The notes under the pieces: model-generated
What the model was told of the DNA's origin: nothing
The model's database searches: none
What the model saw: the letters and a program-made list of their open reading frames with translations, nothing else
Assembly (NCBI GenBank): GCA_964349215.1
Contig: CAYGGL010000001.1
Coordinates: 4,942 to 49,448 of the forward strand
From: an uncultured Acidimicrobiaceae bacterium
GTDB lineage: Bacteria > Actinomycetota > Acidimicrobiia > Acidimicrobiales > CADCSY01
DNA: 44,507 bases
Direction of reading: 5' to 3'
Position numbers and translations under genes: made by a program
Part shown: one piece after another, positions 1 to 9,143 of the stretch
Layout: each line of letters starts with the position of its first letter
Numbering within the stretch: the stretch's first letter is position 1

Positions 1-716
1 ATGGTCTTGGTGCAGTCCTGATGTTGGGTTATGACGTCTACGTCCTGGTCGAGCAGGCTCTGTACTGCTCCAGCCTGCACGGTTGGGTCACACCAGCTTC
101 CGGTTGAAACCGTTACGACCTCAATCTTGGGGTTGACGCTTTGAGCACCCAAGGTAAAGGCATTGATGTTTGCCAATGTCTGTGGAATCGGGAAGGCATA
201 GATGTAGCCAAGCTTGGCTGACTTGGTGACAGATCCTGCAGCGATTCCGGCGGTGTAAACAGGTTCATAAACCGTGCCGAAGTATGTGCCCAGGTTATCG
301 AGCTTGGCCTTTCCTTCGAGGCCACCTTGATGCACAAAGATCACCTCGGGGTTGTCTTTGGCCAGGTTGGCGGCAGACTCCAAGTGTCCATAACTAGTGG
401 CAAAGATCAGACTGGCGCCTTTGTCGATCATGTCTTGCATGACTGATTCTGCCTCGGCCGTTTCAGGAACGTTCTCAGCTTGGAGAATCTCAACGTCGGG
501 GAATGCCTTGGCTACTGACTGGCTGCCGGCATAAGCGGCTTGGTTATAACCAAAGTCGTCCTTGGGCCCTACATATATGAAGCCAACAGTCATCTTGTCC
601 TTGCTCGTACTTGCACTCTTTGCGGCCGGTTTGTCGTCATCTCCACAAGCTGCAAAGAGAAGGGCTATGCCTAAGAAGGCCCCTAGATATCGGATGGGTC
701 GTATTGCTCGTTTCAC
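1..716 (-). CDS. BMP-family (PnrA/Med-like) ABC transporter substrate-binding lipoprotein; C-terminus runs off the window
   Basis: Absent from the ORF track because there is no stop in the window. Manual minus-strand translation from GTG (714-716) gives VKRAIRPIRYLGAFLGIALLFAACGDDDK (signal peptide plus lipobox), then MTVGFIYVGPKDDFGYNQAAY..IFATSYGH..LGYIYAFPIPQ. AGGAGG lies 5 nt upstream. The gene is last in an operon with two permeases and a double ATPase. Confidence 0.8.
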   Translation of the reverse strand, partial: MKRAIRPIRYLGAFLGIALLFAACGDDDKPAAKSASTSKDKMTVGFIYVGPKDDFGYNQAAYAGSQSVAKAFPDVEILQAENVPETAEAESVMQDMIDKGASLIFATSYGHLESAANLAKDNPEVIFVHQGGLEGKAKLDNLGTYFGTVYEPVYTAGIAAGSVTKSAKLGYIYAFPIPQTLANINAFTLGAQSVNPKIEVVTVSTGSWCDPTVQAGAVQSLLDQDVDVITQHQDCTKT

Positions 717-732
717 GTGTTCCTCCTGAGGA

Positions 733-776
733 GTTGATTGGATATGGCTGGTTGATGGATAGGACAGTTGATGGAT
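733..776 (-). repeat. Three direct repeats GTTGAT(T)GGAT (733-743, 751-760, 767-776) in the permease/SBP intercistronic spacer
   Basis: Read directly from the sequence. Spacing is 18 and 16 nt. On the mRNA strand the unit is AUCC(A)AUCAAC. Confidence 0.5.
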
Positions 777-791
777 GGGACAAGGGGGGTA

Positions 792-1691
792 TTAGCTCTT
801 GAATACCTTCTGTAAAGCGGCGGGCCCGCCATTGGCTCGGCGCTGACTCAATAGCGCAAGCACGACGAGGACCGTCACGTATGGAAGTGATTCAAGGAGG
901 TAGCGGGAGAGTTCCCAGCCGCGCGATTGCAATTGGAGCTGTAGCGAAATAGCGCCGCTAAACAAATAGGCGCCCGCTGCGAGTTTCAACGGGTTCCATC
1001 CCGCAAAGATCACCAGTGCGACAGCAACATATCCACGCCCGACAGTCATTCCCTCTGACCAGTTCAGTGTTGCCGCGGTTGATAGTTGGGCACCGCCGAT
1101 GCCCGCCAAGGCCCCTCCGGCGAGTATCGCCGCCCATCGCACTTTTCGAGCAGATGTTCCATATATCTCAAGAACCTCAGGACCTTCACCGGCCGATCGC
1201 AAGGTAAGACCCGCCCGAGTGCGCCAAATGATCCACGCCAATACAGGGCCCATCACAAAGGAGAGATAAGTCAACGGGTCGTGGTCGAACAAGATTCGAC
1301 CCAACATGGGAAGCGAAGAAAGCCCGGGGATCTTCCAGGACTCAAGCGGTTGTACCCCCTTGCCTACATAGTTTTGCCCAAACAGAGCAGTGATGCCGAT
1401 GCCTAGGAAACTGACGACGAGACCCACGGCGATCTGGTTTGCACGGCGGTGCAATACAAGAAAGGCATGCACCGAAGCCAGAGCCGCACCCGCCAACAGG
1501 CCTGCGAGGACCCCTATCCAAGGGCTTCCAGTGCTTATACCAACGGCGTAGGCTGCCAGTGCACCACAGAGCATCGAGCCCTCAGTGCCCAAGTTGATTA
1601 CTCCGGCCCGTTCTGCGATCAATTCGCCGAGGCCGGCGAATACAAGTGAGGTGCCACCTGCGACGGCACCGGCTAGGACGGCTTCTAACAT
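792..1691 (-). CDS. ABC transporter permease (BMP/nucleoside-sugar type)
   Basis: 299-aa polytopic Gly/Ala/Leu-rich ORF. Its start abuts the stop of the upstream permease (1691/1692). Confidence 0.85.
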   Translation of the reverse strand: MLEAVLAGAVAGGTSLVFAGLGELIAERAGVINLGTEGSMLCGALAAYAVGISTGSPWIGVLAGLLAGAALASVHAFLVLHRRANQIAVGLVVSFLGIGITALFGQNYVGKGVQPLESWKIPGLSSLPMLGRILFDHDPLTYLSFVMGPVLAWIIWRTRAGLTLRSAGEGPEVLEIYGTSARKVRWAAILAGGALAGIGGAQLSTAATLNWSEGMTVGRGYVAVALVIFAGWNPLKLAAGAYLFSGAISLQLQLQSRGWELSRYLLESLPYVTVLVVLALLSQRRANGGPAALQKVFKS

Positions 1692-2738
1692 TTAGGTTGT
1701 CCCTTCGCTTGCAGACTTGGTTCCCCAACCGAGCACCCCGAACAGAACCAGCGCCATCAAGATGGAGACCGCCCCTCCAGATAGGCCGGCGGTGATTTTC
1801 AATCCGCTGCCGCCGACAGCGATGGCGCCCAGTACCAACGACGACATGACAATTTTCAAAGGGTCGTGACGTGCAAGCCAAGAGGCGAGAAAACCAATGA
1901 AGCCGACCCCAAGTAGTAGGTCGGGGCGTAAGCGGCCTTCAGTTCCGGCAACTTCGATCATTCCGCCGATTCCCGCTGCCGCTCCGCCAACTGCCATTGC
2001 TGCAATCGATAGGCTGCCGACGGCCAATCCTGCTCGTTGGGCCGCATCGAGATTGCCTCCGAGCACTCGAAGCTTGAAGCCCCACGTGGTGGTTCGCAAT
2101 ATCCACCACATCACTACTGCAATGACAACTGCGATGAAGATTCCGGCGTGAACGCGGTTGCCCCAGATGATGGGGAAACGTTCCGGGCCGCTCAGTTCTC
2201 TTGAGTAGGCCTGCCCGAGACTGGTTGGGTCCTTCCATTGTTCGAAGCACAACCAGGTGACTATGAGACCAGCGATGTAGTTGAGCAACAGGCTCGATAT
2301 GGCCTCGTTGGTTCGGGTGAAGACTTTCAAAAGAGCAGGAATCATTCCCCATAGGGCACCAAATATTGCTGCGCCGATAACCATGAGGGCCAACAAGACA
2401 GGAGTGTTTGTCAGCCCCTCAACCTGGTTTGCCATGATGAATGCCCCGATAGCACCAAGAAGCAACTGGCCTTCTCCACCGAGGTTGAAAATACCCGCTC
2501 GGGCCGGCACGGCAGTCGCAAGAGCTGCCATGAGTATTGGTGTGGCTCTAAGGAATGTCTCTCCCAAAGAATCGCTGTTGCCAAACGCTGTATCCCACAT
2601 CGACTCGAGTACAGCGAAAGGATCAGCTCCTTTCGCCAGGAGGAATGCGGAGAAGATGGCGATGGTGCCCGCCGCAACGAGCAACCAACGAAGGGCGGGA
2701 CGCAGCAATGTCATGTTCTTGAACCAAGACGGCGTCAT
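1692..2738 (-). CDS. ABC transporter permease (BMP/nucleoside-sugar type)
   Basis: 348-aa polytopic ORF. There is an ATGA start/stop overlap with the ATPase gene. Confidence 0.85.
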   Translation of the reverse strand: MTPSWFKNMTLLRPALRWLLVAAGTIAIFSAFLLAKGADPFAVLESMWDTAFGNSDSLGETFLRATPILMAALATAVPARAGIFNLGGEGQLLLGAIGAFIMANQVEGLTNTPVLLALMVIGAAIFGALWGMIPALLKVFTRTNEAISSLLLNYIAGLIVTWLCFEQWKDPTSLGQAYSRELSGPERFPIIWGNRVHAGIFIAVVIAVVMWWILRTTTWGFKLRVLGGNLDAAQRAGLAVGSLSIAAMAVGGAAAGIGGMIEVAGTEGRLRPDLLLGVGFIGFLASWLARHDPLKIVMSSLVLGAIAVGGSGLKITAGLSGGAVSILMALVLFGVLGWGTKSASEGTT

Positions 2739-4249
2739 GCGGCTTCTCCTTGGAGCATGAGTCGCCCTATCTCTTGGCGATCGGTCACGGCCGGATCGAC
2801 GATGCCCGCCAAGTGGCCGTCATGAAGAACGAGTATGCGATCGGCCAACATGAGCAGTTCGTCGAGGTCTTCGCTCACCATCAACAGCCCTGCCCCTGCT
2901 GCACGGCGCTCTAACAAGAGTTGTTGGGTGGCTCGAACTGACGCTATGTCGAGTCCACGGCTTGGATAAGCAACGACCACGAGTTGGGGTTCATTTACAA
3001 GAAAGGCACGGGTCAACATCACCCTTTGGATGTTTCCTCCTGACAAGGTGGACACATCTCGATCGAGCGGCGCCAGATGCAGCCGTTCTGCAATATCATT
3101 TCCCTGAACCAACGATCGCACTGCTCGCCAATCGACGCGTGGTCCTTTGGTCGGTAGGGGTTGGCCGTTCAGAGCCAGGTGCTCGAGTATTGCGAGGCCA
3201 CCAACTACGGCATCGTTAACTGGATCTTCTGGAATGATGACAGCCCCGGCCCTCAAGGCCGCACGCGGCTTGCCACTTCTTCCGATATCTCTTCCGGCAA
3301 TATGAATTTCGCCGGTGTCGAGAGGAATTACACCAAGTACTGCGTCGATCAACTCTCTTTGTCCATTGCCCGACACGCCTGCTACGCCCACCAGTTCTCC
3401 TGGCTGGACCATAAAGGTGACGTCGTGCAGGCGGGGCCGTCCGTCTGAGCCGCGCACTGAAACACCATTGACTACCAGAGCGGGCTCTCCACGACGTGGT
3501 GGTTGTCGCTCTGCCGGCAGGGGAGGTGGAACTGCTCCCACCATTGTCTCGATGATCTCTTCGTCGGTGAACTCTGATGGGTCACGATCAGAAAGGACCA
3601 TTTTCCCTTTGCGAAGAACCGTGGCTCGGTTGGCAACAGCGCGAGTTTCACCCAGCTTGTGAGTGATCAGAGCTACGCCTAACCCGTCGTCTCTCATGCG
3701 CATGATGACATCCAAAAGTGCTTCGACCTCTTGAGGTGCCAGTGCACTTGTGGGTTCGTCGAGTATGACCACGCGTGCATTCATCAGAAGCACGCGAAGA
3801 ATCTCAACGATCTGGCGTTCTGCAATTGAAAGGTCTTGCACCAAGGCGTCTGGATCAACATTCAGCTTGTAACGTTCGGCTCCGATCTGGACCCGCTCGC
3901 GAGCAACCTGTCGTTTGTATCTTCCGGTTCCACAGGCCAACTCAACGTTCTCGGCCACTGTCAGAGCCGGCACCAAACGAAGGTCTTGGAAAACCATTCC
4001 GATGCCGGCAGCACGCGAGGCGGCTGGAGAACCAAGCTGAATGGGTTTGCCATCTACAAGCACCTCACCTTCTTGTGGGGTATTCACGCCATAAAGCACT
4101 TTCATGAGGGTGCTTTTTCCGGCTCCGTTCTCACCGAGCAAGGCGTGGACTTCGCCTGCTCGAATGGTGAAATCGACAGACTCGTTTGCCACAAAATCTC
4201 CAAAGCGTTGTGTGATTCCCCGCGCTTGGAGAATTGGCGAATCGCTCAT
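2735..4249 (-). CDS. ABC transporter ATP-binding protein with two fused ABC cassettes
   Basis: Walker [10 protein letters not shown] and Walker [12 protein letters not shown] in the first half. LSGGNIQRV signature and MVSEDLDE in the second half. The 504-aa length is typical of sugar/nucleoside importer ATPases. Confidence 0.9.
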   Translation of the reverse strand: MSDSPILQARGITQRFGDFVANESVDFTIRAGEVHALLGENGAGKSTLMKVLYGVNTPQEGEVLVDGKPIQLGSPAASRAAGIGMVFQDLRLVPALTVAENVELACGTGRYKRQVARERVQIGAERYKLNVDPDALVQDLSIAERQIVEILRVLLMNARVVILDEPTSALAPQEVEALLDVIMRMRDDGLGVALITHKLGETRAVANRATVLRKGKMVLSDRDPSEFTDEEIIETMVGAVPPPLPAERQPPRRGEPALVVNGVSVRGSDGRPRLHDVTFMVQPGELVGVAGVSGNGQRELIDAVLGVIPLDTGEIHIAGRDIGRSGKPRAALRAGAVIIPEDPVNDAVVGGLAILEHLALNGQPLPTKGPRVDWRAVRSLVQGNDIAERLHLAPLDRDVSTLSGGNIQRVMLTRAFLVNEPQLVVVAYPSRGLDIASVRATQQLLLERRAAGAGLLMVSEDLDELLMLADRILVLHDGHLAGIVDPAVTDRQEIGRLMLQGEAA

Positions 4250-4947
4250 CGTGGTCCTCGTTTCAACATTCGTGCGATGGTCAGGGCAGCTCGTTCTTCA
4301 ACGATGGTGAGCGACTCCGCAAAGTGCTCCATCAAGAGGCGCTCGGCTTCGAATAACTCACCGGCAATCAGTTGGTCAAGAACTCCAAGGTGTTGTTCGA
4401 TGGTTTGTCCAACACGAGTGGCGTTTAAGAAGTCCTGCATGCGCACGACCCTGATCCGCTCATTTACCTTGTGGAGCTGTTGAACTAGAGTCACATTTCC
4501 CGCAGAGCCGGCCAGTCGTTCGTGGAAATCTTCGTCCATAAGCACGAAATCGACGTCGACCTCATCGTCGTCTCCAGGAATGTCAATATCGGTCCAGTCA
4601 TTCCGCAGAGCTATGAGGTCATCTTTATTGTGTGGTGTGCCAGACATGGCGGGACGCCCGATCGCCCCCGTCTCTAATGCAAAGCGAATCTCATACAGCT
4701 CTCTTATGAGATGTAGGTCGATGAGAGTTGGGCCGTATCCTCCGCCCTCCAGGCGCTCTACCAGGCCTTCGCTGTGGAGCCTTGAAAGTACTTCTCGAAT
4801 TGGTGTGCGCGAAACGCCCAGTTCTGCCGCCAGGCGTTCTTCACCCAAACGGTGCCCCGGGGGATAATCACCCATCAACAGGCGGTGTTTGAGCGTCTGA
4901 TAAGTCAGCTCTCTCCTCGAGCTGCCTGTATCCGACGCTGTATACAT
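4246..4947 (-). CDS. GntR-family transcriptional regulator (FadR/FCD-like C-domain)
   Basis: Winged [30 protein letters not shown] plus a helical C-terminal domain. There is a 4-nt overlap with the ATPase gene. ATG at 4947 is preferred; the track uses TTG at 4956. Confidence 0.85.
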   Translation of the reverse strand: MYTASDTGSSRRELTYQTLKHRLLMGDYPPGHRLGEERLAAELGVSRTPIREVLSRLHSEGLVERLEGGGYGPTLIDLHLIRELYEIRFALETGAIGRPAMSGTPHNKDDLIALRNDWTDIDIPGDDDEVDVDFVLMDEDFHERLAGSAGNVTLVQQLHKVNERIRVVRMQDFLNATRVGQTIEQHLGVLDQLIAGELFEAERLLMEHFAESLTIVEERAALTIARMLKRGPR

Positions 4948-5004
4948 GCAGGTCAAGATAGGAATATGGAGTGTCCAGCCCGTGTCTCAGATGTTAAGAG
5001 AGTG

Positions 5005-5031
5005 TGTAAGAAATCTGTCAGGTTTCTTACA
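5005..5031. promoter_or_regulatory. Perfect 9-bp inverted repeat TGTAAGAAA-N9-TTTCTTACA; candidate GntR operator or terminator of the upstream gene
   Basis: Read directly. It lies 58 nt upstream of the gntR ATG and 29 nt downstream of the stop of the 5060..5668 gene. There is no U-tract on either strand. Confidence 0.4.
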
Positions 5032-5059
5032 ATAAGACCCGAATGCTAGGAACCAGTGG

Positions 5060-5668
5060 CTAGGAATCGGCGTCTGGATCAGGGGGCAGAAATGTGAATT
5101 TGAGATCACCGATTCGAACCAATGTGGCAGCTATCCAACCACCGATAGCACCGAATTGATCGTCGAGTACCGAACCGTCAACGAGGGTTGCTTCGGTCAA
5201 GGTGATGCTGCCCTCGTAAGAGACCTCTATGGCCAATTCCGAAGGTTCAGAAAGATCAGTTCCGTATACCTCTTCAATCGTCAGCCCTGATCGCTCAAGG
5301 CGCTCATCGCCGATGTTTGGGCTCCACTCAGGCAACACATCCAACACCTTTTGTGGATCAGGCCGTTCGCCAAGTCGCTGGATCCGCATGGTTACTTCAA
5401 CGAGAATTTCGGGTGGTTCGCTGAAAGATTCGTCTATATACCATCTGCGATATGCCGTTTGCGCCCAGGTCGGCCAATCAAGGCTGATATCGGCAAGCAC
5501 CCGAGGCGGCGATCCCTCACCGGGAAGGCCGTAGCTAGTTTCCCAAGTGACGTCGCCAAGTAGAACGTCTACCTGAAAGCGTTCTTCAAACGCTTGACGT
5601 TCCAACAACGCTGCTTCAAGCGCATCACGCAGCGCACCGATGGCGTCAGTAAATACGTGGTCAAGCAT
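5060..5668 (-). CDS. Hypothetical acidic protein (202 aa)
   Basis: Long ORF with no competing frame. I recognise no motif in it. Confidence 0.5.
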   Translation of the reverse strand: MLDHVFTDAIGALRDALEAALLERQAFEERFQVDVLLGDVTWETSYGLPGEGSPPRVLADISLDWPTWAQTAYRRWYIDESFSEPPEILVEVTMRIQRLGERPDPQKVLDVLPEWSPNIGDERLERSGLTIEEVYGTDLSEPSELAIEVSYEGSITLTEATLVDGSVLDDQFGAIGGWIAATLVRIGDLKFTFLPPDPDADS

Positions 5669-5841
5669 GCCAAGACGACACTAGTGCCAACAAGGACATA
5701 CATATGGCGAAGGTCTTCAACAGACACGATAAACAGCTATACGATGCTTAGATGTTCTCACTTCGCCCGCGACGTCGTAACCCTCGCTGTGGCAAGAGCC
5801 AGACACGTCGAACTCATTGAAGCGAATAGCTGAGTCAACAC

Positions 5842-6669
5842 GTGACCAATAGTGAAGTTCTTGTCTCGATAGTGATGGCCGTCTATAACGAAGAGCGACA
5901 CCTGGAAGCCTGTTTGAGTTCTCTGACCCAACAGTCCTATCAACCGATTGAACTCATCGTGGTAGACGACGGCTCGAAAGACCAGACCCGTTCTATTGCT
6001 GCACAATTCAAAGAGGTGGTGCTGGTTGATTCCAACTCACATGCGGGTGCCGCTCCTGCCCGCAATGAGGGGGCCAGGCAGGCACGGGGTGAGATTTTGG
6101 TTTTCCTTGATGGCGACATGACGTTTCCACCCACCTTTATCGAGACCTTGATTGCTCCCATGCAAGACGGACACGTGATGGGTACCTTTACCCGCGAGAT
6201 CCTTGTGGCAAACGGCGAGCGTCGCTGGGCTCGTGCTCACATGCTCGGACGCAACCTTCCGCTCCATTCACACTTTCGTCCCGACTTCCCTGATCGGTGG
6301 GAAAACTATCGGGCGATACGTACCTCGGCCTTTTGGTCAGTTGGCGGCTTTGACGAGATCGGTCACGGTGAAGACGTAACGGTTGGTCGAAAGCTCGGAC
6401 AACTTGCTGTGGTAGCGCCTGGCGCAGTCTGTTATCACTACGAACCCGACAACCTTTTGGACATCTGGGCCTCTGCTCGTTGGCTTGGCCGCGGCGAGCG
6501 CATTCGCGAGCGCCCAAATGCCTGGCGTGATTACACGCCATGGGTCTCGGCGCGACGTGCCGCGCGTCTTGCGCGGAGTCATCGAATGCCTTCGCTCTTT
6601 ATTTATCGACTGGTTTGGGATATTGGAGTTCTCGTGGGCCTAATGCAAGGACGGAGTGTTGCAAAGTGA
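5842..6669 (+). CDS. Family 2 glycosyltransferase
   Basis: VSIVMAVYNEERHLEACLSSLTQQSY, ELIVVDDGSKD, and the DxD-type motif FLDGDM. GTG start. Confidence 0.85.
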   Translation: MTNSEVLVSIVMAVYNEERHLEACLSSLTQQSYQPIELIVVDDGSKDQTRSIAAQFKEVVLVDSNSHAGAAPARNEGARQARGEILVFLDGDMTFPPTFIETLIAPMQDGHVMGTFTREILVANGERRWARAHMLGRNLPLHSHFRPDFPDRWENYRAIRTSAFWSVGGFDEIGHGEDVTVGRKLGQLAVVAPGAVCYHYEPDNLLDIWASARWLGRGERIRERPNAWRDYTPWVSARRAARLARSHRMPSLFIYRLVWDIGVLVGLMQGRSVAK

Positions 6670-8279
6670 CCCGTCCAGGTAACTCAAATGCGAGGCGCTC
6701 GGCATTGTCCGCCGTTGTGATGGGCTATCGCAACGAAGATTCAATTGAGGCATCAGTTCGTTCACTTATCGATCAGGAATCGTCTGAGCCATTCGAAGTA
6801 GTCGTCGTGACTTCAGGCGGCGATTCTTCAGCCTCAATTATTAAAGAACGTTTCCCAGATGTTCGGGTTTATGACTCGCCTGAACGCTTGATGCCAGGCG
6901 GTGCTCGCAACGTTGGCGTTGGCATGTCAAACGCTGAGATTATCGGCTTTCTTGCGGCCGACTGCATTGCACTTCCAGGTTGGGTAGAGGGAAGAATCCA
7001 AGCTCATCGATCGGGAAACCCAGCGGTAGCAAGTGCGATCGTGGCACCTGAAAATTCCAACCTTGTATCAAAAGCAGCGTTGTATCTTCTCTTCCCAAGC
7101 AGACTTCCTGGTTTTTCTGCAGGCCCTGCTATTTACGCACAGAGCTTCAGTCTCTCGTTCGATGCGGAATTGCTTGGTGAACTTGGACCATTCGATGGCA
7201 ACTTGCGTATAGGTGAAGACAGCTTGATCAATGGGCGTTTAGATAAAGCGGGCATTACTGCTTGGTTTGATCCACGCATCCAAACTGCACATCCGGGCCC
7301 CTCAAAGATCACAGAGTTGGTGCGTGATCAATTTCGCCGTGGTGTGCTTCGGTCTGAATGGATGGTTGTAAACAAGCCGGCGCAAGGTCGCCGTCTTCAG
7401 ATTGAACAGCTGAGATCACCGTTCTTAATTGGTGGCGCTTGCGCATTATTGGCATTCAAGACATTGCCAAAGAGAGCACGGTCAACCGTTCGCCCTGCTT
7501 GGACTGGTGCCAGAGGAAACCGTCTCACTTTGCTCATGTGCTCACCCCTTATAGCCCTGGGCTTCTTGTCGAACCAAGCGGGTTGGGCCACTTCATTGTT
7601 TCGAACACTGGCACGCAAAGACATAGATAAAAAAGACAAGGATAAAAACGAAGACGACGAGATTGCCACGAACGCGATGCAATGTGTCGAGGCGACGATG
7701 CTACGGCGCTGGGCATCGACCTCAGGCGAGAAAGTTATTGCCCTTACCTTTGACGACGGCCCCGGTGACGACACTTCTGCCTTGTTAGATGAACTTGCTC
7801 GCCTTGAGGTGAAGGCCACGTTCTTTGTCCTCGGAGATCAGGTGCTCAAGCGCCCTGGAGTGGTTAAGCGCATGGTCGAAGGGGGTCACGTTGTTGGCAC
7901 TCACGGATTTCACCACACGCCATTTACTGAAATCGGTTCTTTTAAACTTGGCGAAGAGGTTCGAATGGCAAAGGACATGCTGAGTATAACAATCGGCAAG
8001 CCGGTCACACTCGTTCGACCTCCAGGTGGCCATTACGACACCAAAACCATTGAAGTTTTGGCTCAACTAGGACTTACCACCTGGCTTTGGACCATCGACT
8101 CCCAAGATTGGGCAAGTAAAGACGCCAAAGCCATTTCAAACGCCGTTGTATCGGAGGTGGCTCCCGGAGCGGTGGTCTTGTTGCACGATGGCCCAAACGA
8201 TAGGGCAGCTACCGTCGCAGCGTTGTCAACAATTGTCGAGGAAGCAAAGGCTCGTGGCTACAGGTTCGTCACTCTCTAG
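6666..8279 (+). CDS. Fusion protein: family 2 glycosyltransferase, two TM helices, K/D-rich linker and NodB-type polysaccharide deacetylase
   Basis: N-terminal part: SAVVMGYRNEDSIEASVRSL, VVVVTSGGD. TM helices: FLIGGACALLAF and LTLLMCSPLIALGFL. Linker: KDIDKKDKDKNEDDE. C-terminal part has all five NodB motifs: TFDDGP, GTHGFHH, RPPGG, DSQDW, LLHD. GTG at 6666 overlaps the upstream stop (GTGA), whereas the track start at 6540 would overlap the upstream gene by 130 nt. Confidence 0.8.
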   Translation: MTRPGNSNARRSALSAVVMGYRNEDSIEASVRSLIDQESSEPFEVVVVTSGGDSSASIIKERFPDVRVYDSPERLMPGGARNVGVGMSNAEIIGFLAADCIALPGWVEGRIQAHRSGNPAVASAIVAPENSNLVSKAALYLLFPSRLPGFSAGPAIYAQSFSLSFDAELLGELGPFDGNLRIGEDSLINGRLDKAGITAWFDPRIQTAHPGPSKITELVRDQFRRGVLRSEWMVVNKPAQGRRLQIEQLRSPFLIGGACALLAFKTLPKRARSTVRPAWTGARGNRLTLLMCSPLIALGFLSNQAGWATSLFRTLARKDIDKKDKDKNEDDEIATNAMQCVEATMLRRWASTSGEKVIALTFDDGPGDDTSALLDELARLEVKATFFVLGDQVLKRPGVVKRMVEGGHVVGTHGFHHTPFTEIGSFKLGEEVRMAKDMLSITIGKPVTLVRPPGGHYDTKTIEVLAQLGLTTWLWTIDSQDWASKDAKAISNAVVSEVAPGAVVLLHDGPNDRAATVAALSTIVEEAKARGYRFVTL

Positions 8280-8283
8280 GTCG

Positions 8284-8955
8284 TCACTCTTGGGAACGGA
8301 TATCGGGTGTCATGAATGCAATAGCGGTTTGCAGCCCTGCGGTTTTTCGCAAGGTGGCGATTCGTCGACCCGGCTGCACGGCATCTTTGACTCGCCCAAT
8401 ATGTTCTTTGAGAAACGAAGCAGTTGAGTCCAGATCCTCAACGGTAAAGGTAATTCCAAAGAAGCCAGCTTGGCCTTCGCCACCTTCTTTATCTAGCCCG
8501 ACCAATTCGAGCACTACCTCTCCCATGCGAAAGAACACTTGACGCATGGGTTGTCCGAAGGCCTCGTGTTGGCGAGTACGGCGGGGTTCGAGTCCAAATG
8601 GTGATAACTCAGCGATGGTGCCATCCAGGTTGGGAGAAAAGATAACCAGGTGATCAATGCTCAACGCGCCGTTTAGATGAGCTGGAATTTCATTTGGCAA
8701 AGACGTCAGCGAGTCGGCTTCTGGTGTGATGACTTTGGTGAGGAGCCCACTTATCGAATATTGGCCTGCTGGGCAAGCAGGTGTTTTGATTGACCAAGAT
8801 CGAATGCCGCTGCCAGTTCCATCATTAGAAACCAGGCTGATAAGGACCGTACCAATCTGACAGGTACCGTCTTGATCAACGCTGAAACCCACATCACGCC
8901 AGCGCTGGGGGTCGTCGCCTATCTCAAGGCCGGCGATTACAGGTTTGAAAACCAA
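8284..8955 (-). CDS. VOC/glyoxalase-like family protein
   Basis: 223-aa ORF. The C-terminal half (IDHLVIFSPNLD..FFRMGEVVLELV..GITFTVEDLD) resembles a glyoxalase/VOC beta-alpha-beta module. The start codon is uncertain (TTG). Confidence 0.55.
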   Translation of the reverse strand: MVFKPVIAGLEIGDDPQRWRDVGFSVDQDGTCQIGTVLISLVSNDGTGSGIRSWSIKTPACPAGQYSISGLLTKVITPEADSLTSLPNEIPAHLNGALSIDHLVIFSPNLDGTIAELSPFGLEPRRTRQHEAFGQPMRQVFFRMGEVVLELVGLDKEGGEGQAGFFGITFTVEDLDSTASFLKEHIGRVKDAVQPGRRIATLRKTAGLQTAIAFMTPDIRSQE

Positions 8956-8992
8956 TTGGCCGGCCCGCTATCCGAGAGAAATAGACTGAAGG

Positions 8993-9079
8993 TCAGCCTC
9001 GACCGGCGTTTGGCTTGGTGCCATGGTTGGCCTTGCACTTGCGGGCTTTCATCTTGCGCTTATCGGTCTTCTTCGACAT
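8993..9079 (-). CDS. 50S ribosomal protein bL37 (28 aa)
   Basis: Embedded in a longer spurious track ORF. MSKKTDKRKMKARKCKANHGTKPNAGRG carries the KANHG(K/T)(R/K)PNA motif I recall from mycobacterial bL37 (MAKRGRKKRDRKHSKANHGKRPNA). Confidence 0.75.
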   Translation of the reverse strand: MSKKTDKRKMKARKCKANHGTKPNAGRG

Positions 9080-9143
9080 AGACACGAGGCTACCGCCTAA
9101 TTGGCTGCACTGACGAGGCGACGGGCAGCTACCGTGGTGGCAC

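Noticed and set aside
6540-6665. The N-terminal extension of the GT2-deacetylase ORF.
   Set aside because: It overlaps the upstream GT2 gene by 130 nt. GTG at 6666 gives a GTGA coupling and retains the first beta-strand of the GT-A fold.
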